Of a stretch of DNA of 64,000 nucleotides, positions 30,833 to 40,255 are shown piece after piece. Position 1 is the first letter of the stretch; the number at the start of each line of letters is the position of its first letter. The translations under genes were made by a program, and so were the position numbers. The notes beneath the pieces are model-generated. The model made no database searches and was not told the DNA's origin. It saw nothing but the letters and a program-made list of their open reading frames with translations. Source of the DNA: Thermoanaerobaculia bacterium (GTDB taxonomy: Bacteria; Acidobacteriota; Thermoanaerobaculia; Multivoradales; JAHEKO01); NCBI GenBank assembly GCA_947259725.1, contig CAMYNM010000003.1, forward strand, positions 171,968 through 235,967, written 5' to 3'.

Positions 30833-33800
30833 CTACACCCCGAAGTACTTCGCGTCCGGGTGATGCACCACAAGCGCCGAAACGCTCGCCTCAGGGTCCA
30901 TCATGTCGCCCTCGGTCAGCTCGACCCCGATCGACTCGGGCTTGAGCGCCGCAAACAGCTGCTGCTGGCCCGAAAGATCCGGGCAGGCCGGGTAGCCGAA
31001 GCTGTACCGGCAGCCCCGGTAGCGGTTCGAGAGGCGGTCGCGAGGGGTGAACTCGGGCGGGTCCGGGAATCCCCAGGCGGCGCGCAGGCGCAGGTGCACG
31101 AACTCGGCCGCCGCCTCCGCGGTTTCGATGGCGAGCGCGGCGAAGGCGTGGCTCTTCAGGTATTCGCCGTCGTTCTTCCAGGCTTCCACCCGATCGCGAA
31201 CTCCCTCTCCCGCGGTGGTGACGAACAGCGCCAGGTGGTCGCCGCCGAGGACGTAGTCGGCCAGGCACAGACCGTCGACGCCGGCCTGGCGGGGAAACTC
31301 CCACTCCACAACCGGACGATCGCCGTCGGGCTCATACAGGCGAATCGTGTTGCCCTCGCTCTCGGCGCGAAAAAACTGCCACACGGCTCGCGCGGTCATG
31401 GCGCCGCCCAGAGCCAGGTCTTGGAGCTCGGCGACGATCTTCTCGAGCTTGGCGAGCTTCTCGTCGCCCTGTGCGGCGAGCCGCTTGACCGAGCCCTGGA
31501 GCCCCAGATGCTTGCCATACAGCATCTGCAGGTTGAGCTCGTTCCAAACCTCGTCGAGGTCGAGCTCGGCCGTGTGCAGATCGACGTCCGAAGGAACCGG
31601 CACCACGATGTCGGCTCGAACCGAAGAGCTACGCACGGTCGACGTCGTGTCACCCACCGCCTTCGGTTTGACGTTCGCACGCGCCGCCAGATCCTCGGCG
31701 GTGAGGGTTGCGACCTCGGTCGCAAGACCGGATCGTCGTTCCGCGTCGGTCAGTCGCTCGACCAGGTCGAGACCATGCATCGCGTCCTTGGCATAGGTGC
31801 AGAGACCGCCGTACTCCGGGGCGATCCGGAGGTGGGTGAAGCGGCGGGTGAGAGCGGCGCCTCCCACGAGGAGGTCGGTATCGATGCCCACGTCCCGCAG
31901 ATCCCCGGCAGTCAGCACCATCTGCTGGGCGCTCTTGACCAGCAGACCCGAAAGTCCGATCACGTCCGGTTTGTGCTCCTGAACCGCCTGGATCAGCTGC
32001 TCGCTGGGTACCCGAATCCCCAGGTTCACGATCTCGAAACCGTTGTTGGAGAGCACGATGTCGACCAGGTTCTTGCCGATGTCGTGGACGTCGCCTTTCA
32101 CGGTGGCCAGGATTACCTTGCCTCGGGACGAGCGGTCGCTCTTTTCCATGTGAGGCTCGAGCCGCGCGACGGCGGCCTTCATGACCTCGGCGCTTTGGAG
32201 CACCTCGGCCACGATCAGCTCGTTGGCGTTGAACAGGCGCCCGACCTCCGCCATGCCACCCATCAACGGACCGTTGACGATGTCGAGCGGCGTCGGCCAG
32301 CGCTCATCGGACAGCGCCTCGTCGATGTCTTCCTCGAGACCTTCCTTCGAGCCTTCGATCACCGCGCGCGACAGACGCTCATCGAGGGGTAGATCCGTCC
32401 GCGGCACCGAGACGATCGCCGACTTGCGGCCCCGGAAGTGGGCGGCAAAGTCGGCCACCGCCTGGTCGGCGGCGGCCACGTCGCCGGGCTCGAGGTAGAT
32501 CAGGGCGTCGGCGAGACGCCGTTCCTCCTCGACGATCTCGGCATAGCGCGCGAGCCGCTGGGTATTGACGATTGCGGCGTCGAGGCCCGCCTGGGTCGCG
32601 TGGTAGAGAAACACCGAGTTGAGGACCTCGCGACCGGTCACCGGCAGCCCGAAGCTCACGTTCGAAACACCCAGGATCGTCTTAGTGAGCGGAAACTCGG
32701 CCTTGATCGCGCGCACACCCTCGATGGTGAGATTGGCCGAGCCAATATAGGTCTCGTCGCCGGTGCCGCAGGGGAAGACCAGGGGGTCCCACCATATGTC
32801 CTCGGGCGCGACTCCGTACTCCTCGGTCAAGAGATCATAGCTTCGCCGGGCGACTTCGAGCTTGCGCTCGACGGTCACCGCCATTCCGCTTTCGTCGATC
32901 GTCCCGACGATCAGGGCGGCTCCGAACCGCCGGGCGAGCGGCACGACCTCTTCGAACCGCTTGCGGCCATCCTCGAGGTTGATCGAGTTGAGCACGGCCT
33001 TGCCCTGGCAGTACTCGAGTGACCGCTTCATCACCGCGGCATCGGTCGAGTCGATCATCAGCGGGACCTTGACCAGGCGGACGACGTGCTCGAGAAGAGC
33101 CTCCATGTCGGCGACCTCGTCCCGATCCGGGTCCTGCATGCAGATATCGATCACCTGCGCCGCGGCCTTGACCTGTGCCCGCCCGACTTCCGCCGCCGCT
33201 TCGTACTCACCGTCCTTGATCAACCTCTTGAACTTGCGACTACCGAGAACATTGGTCCGCTCGCCGACGAACAGCGGCCGGTTGTCGGCGGTCAGCTCGA
33301 CCCCCTCGATTCCGGACACCAAACTGCGCTGATGCCGAGCCGGAACCTGAGGTCGCTTGCCGGCGACGAGCTTCGCCAGCGCGGTGACGTGCGCGGGGGA
33401 GGTCCCGCAGCACCCACCGACCAGGTTGAGCCACTTGTGATCGATGAACCGCCCGATGACTTCGACAAAATGATCGGGCCCCTGATGGTAGAGGCCATCC
33501 TCGTCGGGAAGCCCGGCGTTGGGAACGCACGCCACCCGGCTGCGCGACAGCTCCGAGAGCGTACGCAGGTGCTCGGTCATGAGCTCGGGGCCGGTGGCGC
33601 AGTTCAGGCCGATGTAGAGAAGGTCGCGATGCAAAAGGGAGACTGCCAGCGCTTCGGCGTCCTGCCCGGCGAGCATGGTACCGGTGGTTTCGATCGTGAC
33701 CGAGACCGCCACCGGAATCGACCAGCCCGCCTGGTCGAAGGCCCGGTCGATGCCCAGGAGGCCCGCCTTGATGTTGCGAGTGTCCTGGCAGGTCTCGAGC

Positions 33801-34324
33801 AGCAGGTAGTCGGCGCCACCAGCCATGAGCCCCGCGGCCTGGACGTAGAAATGCTCGATCAGTCCCTCGAAGGTGACGCCGCCGGTGACCGAGATCGCGG
33901 TTGTCGTCGGCCCCATCGAACCGCACACGAAGCGCAGCCTTCCTGGTTTGTCGAATCGAGTACAGGCGGTGCGCGCTTGCTCGGCCGACAGCCGGTTGAG
34001 CTCGAACGCCTGGTCCGCGAGCCCGTATTCCGCGAGCACCAGGGGAGTGCCGCCGAACGAGTTGGTCTCGACGACATCCGCGCCGGCCTGGAGGTAGGTC
34101 TCGTGCAGTCGCTCTACGACATCGGGTCGGGTCGCGCACAGATTCTCGTTGCAGCCCTCGAGATCCGGACCGCCGAAATCCTCCGCGGTGAGGTTCTCGC
34201 TCTGCAGAGCGGTCCCGGTGGCGCCGTCGAGCACCAGAATGCGCTCATCCAGTGCGTCGATCAAAGCCGCCGTGCGGGCCTCTCGGTCGCCGGGAGCCGG
34301 AATCACAAAGTCATGTGTGCTCAT
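30833..34324 (-). CDS. metH: Cobalamin-dependent methionine synthase
   Basis: Homocysteine-binding, pterin-binding, B12-binding and AdoMet-activation domains are all recognisable across the 1163-aa product. Confidence 0.95.
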   Translation of the reverse strand: MSTHDFVIPAPGDREARTAALIDALDERILVLDGATGTALQSENLTAEDFGGPDLEGCNENLCATRPDVVERLHETYLQAGADVVETNSFGGTPLVLAEYGLADQAFELNRLSAEQARTACTRFDKPGRLRFVCGSMGPTTTAISVTGGVTFEGLIEHFYVQAAGLMAGGADYLLLETCQDTRNIKAGLLGIDRAFDQAGWSIPVAVSVTIETTGTMLAGQDAEALAVSLLHRDLLYIGLNCATGPELMTEHLRTLSELSRSRVACVPNAGLPDEDGLYHQGPDHFVEVIGRFIDHKWLNLVGGCCGTSPAHVTALAKLVAGKRPQVPARHQRSLVSGIEGVELTADNRPLFVGERTNVLGSRKFKRLIKDGEYEAAAEVGRAQVKAAAQVIDICMQDPDRDEVADMEALLEHVVRLVKVPLMIDSTDAAVMKRSLEYCQGKAVLNSINLEDGRKRFEEVVPLARRFGAALIVGTIDESGMAVTVERKLEVARRSYDLLTEEYGVAPEDIWWDPLVFPCGTGDETYIGSANLTIEGVRAIKAEFPLTKTILGVSNVSFGLPVTGREVLNSVFLYHATQAGLDAAIVNTQRLARYAEIVEEERRLADALIYLEPGDVAAADQAVADFAAHFRGRKSAIVSVPRTDLPLDERLSRAVIEGSKEGLEEDIDEALSDERWPTPLDIVNGPLMGGMAEVGRLFNANELIVAEVLQSAEVMKAAVARLEPHMEKSDRSSRGKVILATVKGDVHDIGKNLVDIVLSNNGFEIVNLGIRVPSEQLIQAVQEHKPDVIGLSGLLVKSAQQMVLTAGDLRDVGIDTDLLVGGAALTRRFTHLRIAPEYGGLCTYAKDAMHGLDLVERLTDAERRSGLATEVATLTAEDLAARANVKPKAVGDTTSTVRSSSVRADIVVPVPSDVDLHTAELDLDEVWNELNLQMLYGKHLGLQGSVKRLAAQGDEKLAKLEKIVAELQDLALGGAMTARAVWQFFRAESEGNTIRLYEPDGDRPVVEWEFPRQAGVDGLCLADYVLGGDHLALFVTTAGEGVRDRVEAWKNDGEYLKSHAFAALAIETAEAAAEFVHLRLRAAWGFPDPPEFTPRDRLSNRYRGCRYSFGYPACPDLSGQQQLFAALKPESIGVELTEGDMMDPEASVSALVVHHPDAKYFGV

Positions 34325-34350
34325 CTGCGTCCATCCATCTCTTTCTTGTT

Positions 34351-34386
34351 CAAACCAAACAATCCGCTTCGTGCATCACGAAGCGG
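34351..34386 (-). terminator. Rho-independent terminator (expression platform of the candidate riboswitch)
   Basis: Perfect 10-bp stem with a 3-nt loop (CCGCUUCGUG-AUG-CACGAAGCGG) followed by AUUGUUUGGUUUG, about 30 nt upstream of the metH ATG. Confidence 0.55.
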
Positions 34387-34535
34387 ATCGTTGGACCGCC
34401 GGACAATTCGTTGCCGCCTTCCGGCGACCGCATCCCCGCTCTGTTCTTTCGTCTCGAGCGAGATGGCACCTTGGGTGTCCGTCCCAGGTTGCCGCGTCCG
34501 GTCTCGCAACCGAACCACTCCTGATGCGCGGTCAG
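34351..34535 (-). ncRNA. Candidate SAM-I (S-box) riboswitch with intrinsic terminator in the metF-metH spacer
   Basis: Read on the minus strand there is a P1 helix CGCAUC/GAUGCG, AUCAGGAGUGG (close to the consensus AUCAAGAGAGG), a P3 hairpin GUUCGG...CCGGAC followed by GGCAACC, then GGUGCCA and GAAAG. A terminator hairpin and U-tract follow the aptamer. No covariance-model search was run. Confidence 0.5.
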
Positions 34536-34572
34536 CCTAGCCCAGCGCGGAAACAGGTGTCAATAGCCAGCT

Positions 34573-35529
34573 CTAGACGTCGAGCCTGTCGAGCAGCATC
34601 GAGACCGCCTTCGAGCTCTGCATGACGTAGAAGTGGACCGAAGGCACACCTCGATCGAGCAGATCCTCGGTCTGGCGTCGCGCCCAATCGACCCCCACCT
34701 CGAGCACTTCCTCGCTGGACCGCGCGGAATCAACGGCATCCGCCAGGAGCGGCGGAATCTCGCAGTGAAAGAAGCTCGGCAGGCTCTTCGTGTGCTTGCG
34801 CGTCGTCAAGATCTTCAAGCCCGGAATGATCGGGACCGTGATGCCGGCTTCCCGGCACTTTTCCACATAACGGAAGTAATGATCATTGTTGAAGAACATC
34901 TGGGTAACGATGTACTCGCCGCCGGCTTCCACCTTGGCCTTGGCGTGGCGCACGTCGGTCTCGAGATTGGGCGCCTCAAAGTGCTTCTCCGGATAGCCGG
35001 CGACTCCGATGCAGAAGTTCGACGGCTCCGCGTCCAGAAGGATCTCGCCCTCCAGATACTTACCGCCATTCATGTCGGAGATCTGGCCGACCAGATCGAT
35101 CGCATAGGAGTTGACGCTTCGCCCTGGCGGGAGCGGCTTTTTGAATCCGATGTCATCGCCTTTGATCGCCAAGACATTGTCGATCCCGAGGTACTTGAGC
35201 TCGATCAGGAAGTCCTCGGTCTCTTCGCGGGTAAATCCTTCGCAGAGAACGTGTGGAACCGCGTCACATTCGTACTTGTTCTGGATCAGGGCGCACAGGC
35301 CGAGTGTTCCCGGGCGCTTGCGCTTGATCACCCGGCGAATGCCGTCCTTGGTCTCGTGGTAGATGACCTGCGCCGAATGGCTGGTGATGTCGATGAACGG
35401 CGGCTTGTACCTCGCCAGATCTTCGGTCAGCCTGAGCAGCTTCTGCAGATTGCCACCCCGCAGCGGCGGGATGATCTCGAAGCTGATTAGCGGATCCTTG
35501 GCCCGTTCCAGATGTTCGATGACCTTCAT
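34573..35529 (-). CDS. metF: 5,10-methylenetetrahydrofolate reductase
   Basis: MKVIEHLERAKDPLISFEIIPP... is the MetF TIM-barrel family. Confidence 0.9.
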   Translation of the reverse strand: MKVIEHLERAKDPLISFEIIPPLRGGNLQKLLRLTEDLARYKPPFIDITSHSAQVIYHETKDGIRRVIKRKRPGTLGLCALIQNKYECDAVPHVLCEGFTREETEDFLIELKYLGIDNVLAIKGDDIGFKKPLPPGRSVNSYAIDLVGQISDMNGGKYLEGEILLDAEPSNFCIGVAGYPEKHFEAPNLETDVRHAKAKVEAGGEYIVTQMFFNNDHYFRYVEKCREAGITVPIIPGLKILTTRKHTKSLPSFFHCEIPPLLADAVDSARSSEEVLEVGVDWARRQTEDLLDRGVPSVHFYVMQSSKAVSMLLDRLDV

Positions 35530-35550
35530 CGCTCGAGCCGGGAGTATAGG

Positions 35551-35922
35551 TCACCGCTGCTCGTCGGCGCGACCCTTGACCCAGCGATCCCGAAACACCC
35601 ACCCGATACCGAGACATCCCATCGCGATGTCGGGAAACTCGAAGGTCCGATTCGGAATCCAGATTTGGGCAACCTCGAGAATCACGCAGAAGGTCGCCAA
35701 AATGACAATGACCGAGCTGCTGTCGCGCGTACCCGAACGACGAACCAGCCAGGCGAGCACCAGAAACAGCACGAAGTGCACGCACAGCGCCAGCACCTGC
35801 TCGAAACGCTCCCAGCCCGGGGCGGCAGCCTGGAACGCCGAACCGGGCAGAAGCAACAGCACCGCCGTGAAGGCCGCCCACACCAGTGCCGCCAGCCGAG
35901 CGATGACCGCGAGTTCTGGCAT
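35551..35922 (-). CDS. VanZ-like family membrane protein
   Basis: 123-aa protein with several TM segments and the VanZ C-terminal pattern EVAQIWIPNRTFEFPDIAMGCLGIG. Confidence 0.6.
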   Translation of the reverse strand: MPELAVIARLAALVWAAFTAVLLLLPGSAFQAAAPGWERFEQVLALCVHFVLFLVLAWLVRRSGTRDSSSVIVILATFCVILEVAQIWIPNRTFEFPDIAMGCLGIGWVFRDRWVKGRADEQR

Positions 35923-35961
35923 CCGGTTCTATCCTAAGATGTTTCTCGACTGCGAGAACCC

Positions 35962-37548
35962 ATGCCCAGGTTCACTCGTGCCCAGATCGTATTGCTTGCC
36001 GCCGCGGTGGTGCTCGGCCTCGGCCTTGCGACCAGCTACTGGGCCCTGCGCAAGTCGACCGCAAATCTGATCGGACGACTCGACGAGTTCGGCACCAGCG
36101 GCCGCAACCCGGGTGCGGTTCACGACGTTGCGCGGGAAACGAATCGCTCGACTGCCGGCCTGATGGCCGCCCGCGCCCTGCTGGCCGAAGAGCTCGACCG
36201 CCGCTGGCTAAGGGAGCTCGACCCCGAAGAGCTCGGCCGCGCCGTGGGCCAGGGCGAGGCGAAGCTCGAACTGGCGAGAGACCTGGCGCTCGAGGCGCTG
36301 CGCGAGCAACCGAGCTCCTGGCAAGCACTGATGATCCTCGGCGGAGCACGCTATCTGCTCGCCAGCCGCCGCAACGTCCCCGGCCGCTGGAGCGATCGCG
36401 ACTCGTGGGCGTTACCCCTGAGCACGGCGATCGCACGAGCTCCCGCCCAGCCGGAGCCCAAACGCGTTCTGGCTGCCGCCTATTTGAGCGAGTGGTCGAT
36501 CGCCAGCGACGCCGAGCGCCAAGCGCTACTTCCATTCCTGCAGGAGGCATTTCGCGATCTGAACACTCTCGAGCAGCTGCTGCCGGCTTGGCTCAACCGC
36601 GCCGGCTCGTTCGAACAGGCCCTCTCGGTGATCTCCCCCGACCCCCGAGCCTGGCGACAGCTCGACCACTACTACCGCCAGCGCGAGGACTGGCAGCGGC
36701 TTGCGGAGGTTCTCGACCGCCTCGACCGGTCACTGCCGGAGTACTTGCACTCCCGCCTCGAGCTTGCACACAAGATGCTCGATGGCGGCGAGGCCGAGTC
36801 GGCGCGCCGGGTGGTGCTCACGACAATCGACGAGATCCCGATGCGCGCCGAGTACGCCGATCATCTCGCAAAAGCGATCAACCAGCTGCCGCCGGGACCG
36901 ATCTCGGCCCGCAGAGCCGAGCGGCTCGGAGAGTGGATCGAGTGGTCGGCGGAGCGCTGCCTTCTTGCCGATTGCCCGTTCTCGGTCGAGGTATTCGAGC
37001 GGCTCACCCGCCTGGCTCGTTCGGATGAGCCCGGCCGCCAGGCCCTCGGCGCTCTACTACGGGGAGATCTCGCGGCCGGCGTCTCGATCGAGCAACGAAA
37101 CTCGGCGCGCGTCAAGACGCCGGCCTGGATGACCTACGACCTCCTCAAGGCCAAGGTGCTGGCAAACCTCGGCCAGACGCGGGAAGCGGGGCGTCTCTTC
37201 CAAGAGGCCGGCACACATCCCGGAGGAGGGGTGCTCGCCCGCCACCTGGCTCAACAGCTCGGCAGCGAACAGAACGGGGGTATCGGCACCGTCGATTCGG
37301 GCTGGCGGGGGTGGAAGCGTGGCTACCGCCGGGAGCTTCTCGCCGAAACCGCCGGTAGCTTCGAGATTCGCTTTCCCGAGGTCGCCGGCGGTGGCGCCGT
37401 CGTCGAGGTCAGGGTCAATCAATCCCTGGAGGGTTTTCACCCTATCGAAGCCGGCACGGCCGTGCGGATCGATCTCGGGCCCGGCTACGTGCGGGTGGAT
37501 CTCCTGCGCGAGGCGGGCTCCACCTTCCGGCCAGCGGAAGCGATGTGA
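35962..37548 (+). CDS. Hypothetical membrane-anchored protein (528 aa), function unknown
   Basis: N-terminal TM anchor followed by a large Ala/Leu/Arg-rich helical domain. No motif recognised. Its 3' end overlaps the convergent ligase gene. Confidence 0.5.
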   Translation: MPRFTRAQIVLLAAAVVLGLGLATSYWALRKSTANLIGRLDEFGTSGRNPGAVHDVARETNRSTAGLMAARALLAEELDRRWLRELDPEELGRAVGQGEAKLELARDLALEALREQPSSWQALMILGGARYLLASRRNVPGRWSDRDSWALPLSTAIARAPAQPEPKRVLAAAYLSEWSIASDAERQALLPFLQEAFRDLNTLEQLLPAWLNRAGSFEQALSVISPDPRAWRQLDHYYRQREDWQRLAEVLDRLDRSLPEYLHSRLELAHKMLDGGEAESARRVVLTTIDEIPMRAEYADHLAKAINQLPPGPISARRAERLGEWIEWSAERCLLADCPFSVEVFERLTRLARSDEPGRQALGALLRGDLAAGVSIEQRNSARVKTPAWMTYDLLKAKVLANLGQTREAGRLFQEAGTHPGGGVLARHLAQQLGSEQNGGIGTVDSGWRGWKRGYRRELLAETAGSFEIRFPEVAGGGAVVEVRVNQSLEGFHPIEAGTAVRIDLGPGYVRVDLLREAGSTFRPAEAM

Positions 37549-38939
37549 GCCGCGCCGCCAGTGGCCCGAGGAGCGACGGCCAGTGCGGCGCCGACGACAA
37601 CAGCTACCAACAAGCCGTTCGCGGGAAGCGTCAGACCAAAGTCCAGGAACTCGTGGATACCGACGGAGGCCAGCGCACCCAAGGCGCCCAGCACAAACAA
37701 GCGATCTTCGTTTCGCTCGGCTGCCGCGAACTTGCCGATCAGCGATCTCAACGTCCAGACCGAGCCGAGTACGAGAATCGCCAGGCCGGCAAGACCGCCG
37801 GTGATCCACAGCTCGAGGTAGTCGTTGTGCGCCTTCGCCCAAGTGATCGCGACGCTCGAGTCGCGCCCCACAAGTGCATGCGCCTCTCGAAAGCCACCGA
37901 TCCCGGTGCCCAGCCAGGGGAACCGGGCGATCAGCGGTAGCGACTCCCGCCAGACGCCGATTCGACCGCTGGTAGCGATGTCGTACCAGGAGGTACCCAG
38001 GAGCCTGGAGAACAACTGGCTCGCTCCTACCCAGCTCACGAAGCCAGCTATCGCTGTCACAGGAATCAGCGCCGCCACGAGCGTTCGGCGCAGGCCGCGG
38101 CTGCGGATCAGCAGCCCTCCCTGGGCGACGAGCCCGCCGAGCGTCGCGAGAGCCGCCGCCCTCGAGCCGGTGAGCGCGTTCCCGACCAGCAAGGCGAGAA
38201 GCGCCAGGCTCAGGGCGGCGACCCATAACCAGCGAGCCTCGCTCACCTTCGACCATCGGCGACTGACCAGCGCCCAGACCAGGGCAGCGAAGCACATGGC
38301 CGTGCCGACCTCCAGAAGCAGCGCCAGGTGATCGGAATTGATGTAGGAACCCCGCAACCTCGGCACTCGCCCTGCCACCAGCGGACCGGCCCCCAGAACC
38401 ACCTGAGTCAGACCGGCGATCAGCGCCGCTCCAAAGAGCCAGCGTCGGCGCGACCGCCGGCGAAAGACGACGCCCGCGGCCGCGATCGCGGCTGCGAGGC
38501 TCGCCAGCTCGAAGCCCACCCACCGTGAGGTCGATGCGGCGAGCGACAGCGGGATGCGAGTCGCGCCGACCGCACCGGTCACCTCGGCGGTTTCGCGAGC
38601 CAGCTCCAACCGCTCGGGGGACAAGACGGCGACAAGCCGAGAGGGCAGCCCGACCGACTGAAGCCAGGCAAGAACCGCCAAGGCCAAGACCGCCAGCACC
38701 GTGCCCCAAGTGCGCTCCCACACCGACGTCGGCCGGCGCGAACCGGCGGCGATCGAGAAGGCCAGGAGCGCGAACCCGTAGCCGGCCAAGGACGCGCCCG
38801 GCGTCGCCCCACCGTGAAAGACGGGCAAAGTAGCCACCGTCGCGCACAAGACACCCGCTGCGAGGTCTCGAGAAGACGGTATGATCTGCCGCGGCCCGAG
38901 CACCTGCGCAGGATACCGAGAGACCAGAACCGCCGACAA
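37485..38939 (-). CDS. O-antigen ligase (WaaL/Wzy_C) family membrane protein
   Basis: At least 10 TM segments and a WAKAHNDYLELWITGG Wzy_C motif. The true start is probably an internal GTG/TTG, because the ATG at 38939 leaves only 5 nt to the divergent gene. Confidence 0.75.
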   Translation of the reverse strand: MSAVLVSRYPAQVLGPRQIIPSSRDLAAGVLCATVATLPVFHGGATPGASLAGYGFALLAFSIAAGSRRPTSVWERTWGTVLAVLALAVLAWLQSVGLPSRLVAVLSPERLELARETAEVTGAVGATRIPLSLAASTSRWVGFELASLAAAIAAAGVVFRRRSRRRWLFGAALIAGLTQVVLGAGPLVAGRVPRLRGSYINSDHLALLLEVGTAMCFAALVWALVSRRWSKVSEARWLWVAALSLALLALLVGNALTGSRAAALATLGGLVAQGGLLIRSRGLRRTLVAALIPVTAIAGFVSWVGASQLFSRLLGTSWYDIATSGRIGVWRESLPLIARFPWLGTGIGGFREAHALVGRDSSVAITWAKAHNDYLELWITGGLAGLAILVLGSVWTLRSLIGKFAAAERNEDRLFVLGALGALASVGIHEFLDFGLTLPANGLLVAVVVGAALAVAPRATGGAAHIASAGRKVEPASRRRSTRT

Positions 38940-38944
38940 ACTCG

Positions 38945-40219
38945 ATGCCTCGACCCGTTCTCGTATTGCTCCTGCTGGTCGCAGGAGCGCCGCTTCCCAG
39001 CCTCGCGCAGTTCGATCAATACACCGCTCCCGGCAGCCTGGCCAGCGCGCAGACCAAAACGAGGGCCGACCAGGCGCGAGAGAGCTCCGAGAGCGCGCGC
39101 TGGCACCTCGGCCGTCTGGCGCTCGAGCCGAGCGTGGTAGTGCGCGATGTCGGCTACTTTCGCAATGCGCTGGCCACCCCCGATGAAAACAGCCAGGTCG
39201 ATGACTATCGGGCCACCCTCGCAGCCGGCCTGTCGGCCTTTCAGAAGCTCGGATCGAAGTCGCTGTTCTCGGCGTACGTGGCGCCCGAGTACTCGTGGTG
39301 GCGGGATCAGAGCGAGCTCAGCAGCTTGAACCTCAACTGGGGCGCCGGATGGTTCGGCTACTTCAATCGGTTGACGATCGGCGCGAACGTCGGCCGGACG
39401 AAGCGCGAGCGCCCGCTCAGCGACGAGCTCGAGGCGCCCTTGACGATCGAGCAAGACCGCCGCGAGGTCAGCGCCGAGTTGGTCTTAACCGACGCGATAA
39501 CAGTTTTCGGCGAGACGACCGAGACCGAGACGCGCCATACGACGGAGGTGCAACGTCTGATTCCCGGCCTGATGAGCCAGACCCTCGACCGAGATTCCGA
39601 TACGACGAGAATCGGCGCGGTGCTCGAGGTTCGGCGGTGGCGGATTGGCGCAGGAGTCGAAAGCACCGACATCCGGCTCCTCATCGACCCGGACGGCAGG
39701 TCGAATTCCGGGGACAGTCCCTTCGCGCTGGTCCGCTACGACAGTGAGAGCCTCGACCTCGATCTGAGCTGGGTTGACCGGGAGCTCGAGTTCGACAACC
39801 CTTTGCTCGGCCGTGAGTCGCTCACCGACGGCTACGCTCGCGTCGCGCTTGACCTCAGCGAGGGCGCTCGCATCAGCGTGTATGGGGCGCGTACGCTGGG
39901 CCTTTCGGTCCTGGCCACGAACAGCTATCTGGTCAATACCCGAGGGGGGGCCTCCCTGGGGCTGGACGTGGGTCGCCGAGCTCGGCTCACCGTCTTCGCC
40001 GAGCAGGGAGAAGCGGACTTTCGAGGTCCGAGCTTGGATCCCAGAACCGACGATCTCGACGCCCTGGGTGCCCAGCTCGACTGGCGGCTGACCGGCGATC
40101 TCGAGCTCGGACTTTACTTTCGAGATTCGACCTGGGATTCCAGCCTCGACGACTTCGACCGGTCTCAGAGCTCCTTCGGCGTCAATCTCGAGATCGGGAC
40201 CGACCTGTTCCCTTGGTAA
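38945..40219 (+). CDS. Putative outer-membrane beta-barrel protein (first gene of the polysaccharide export operon)
   Basis: Clear signal peptide MPRPVLVLLLLVAGAPLPSLAQ, alternating amphipathic beta-strand pattern, and a C-terminal aromatic residue (FPW). Confidence 0.55.
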   Translation: MPRPVLVLLLLVAGAPLPSLAQFDQYTAPGSLASAQTKTRADQARESSESARWHLGRLALEPSVVVRDVGYFRNALATPDENSQVDDYRATLAAGLSAFQKLGSKSLFSAYVAPEYSWWRDQSELSSLNLNWGAGWFGYFNRLTIGANVGRTKRERPLSDELEAPLTIEQDRREVSAELVLTDAITVFGETTETETRHTTEVQRLIPGLMSQTLDRDSDTTRIGAVLEVRRWRIGAGVESTDIRLLIDPDGRSNSGDSPFALVRYDSESLDLDLSWVDRELEFDNPLLGRESLTDGYARVALDLSEGARISVYGARTLGLSVLATNSYLVNTRGGASLGLDVGRRARLTVFAEQGEADFRGPSLDPRTDDLDALGAQLDWRLTGDLELGLYFRDSTWDSSLDDFDRSQSSFGVNLEIGTDLFPW

Positions 40220-40255
40220 CAGTCAGCCGGCGAAAAGCCTCGGTATAATCGCGAG

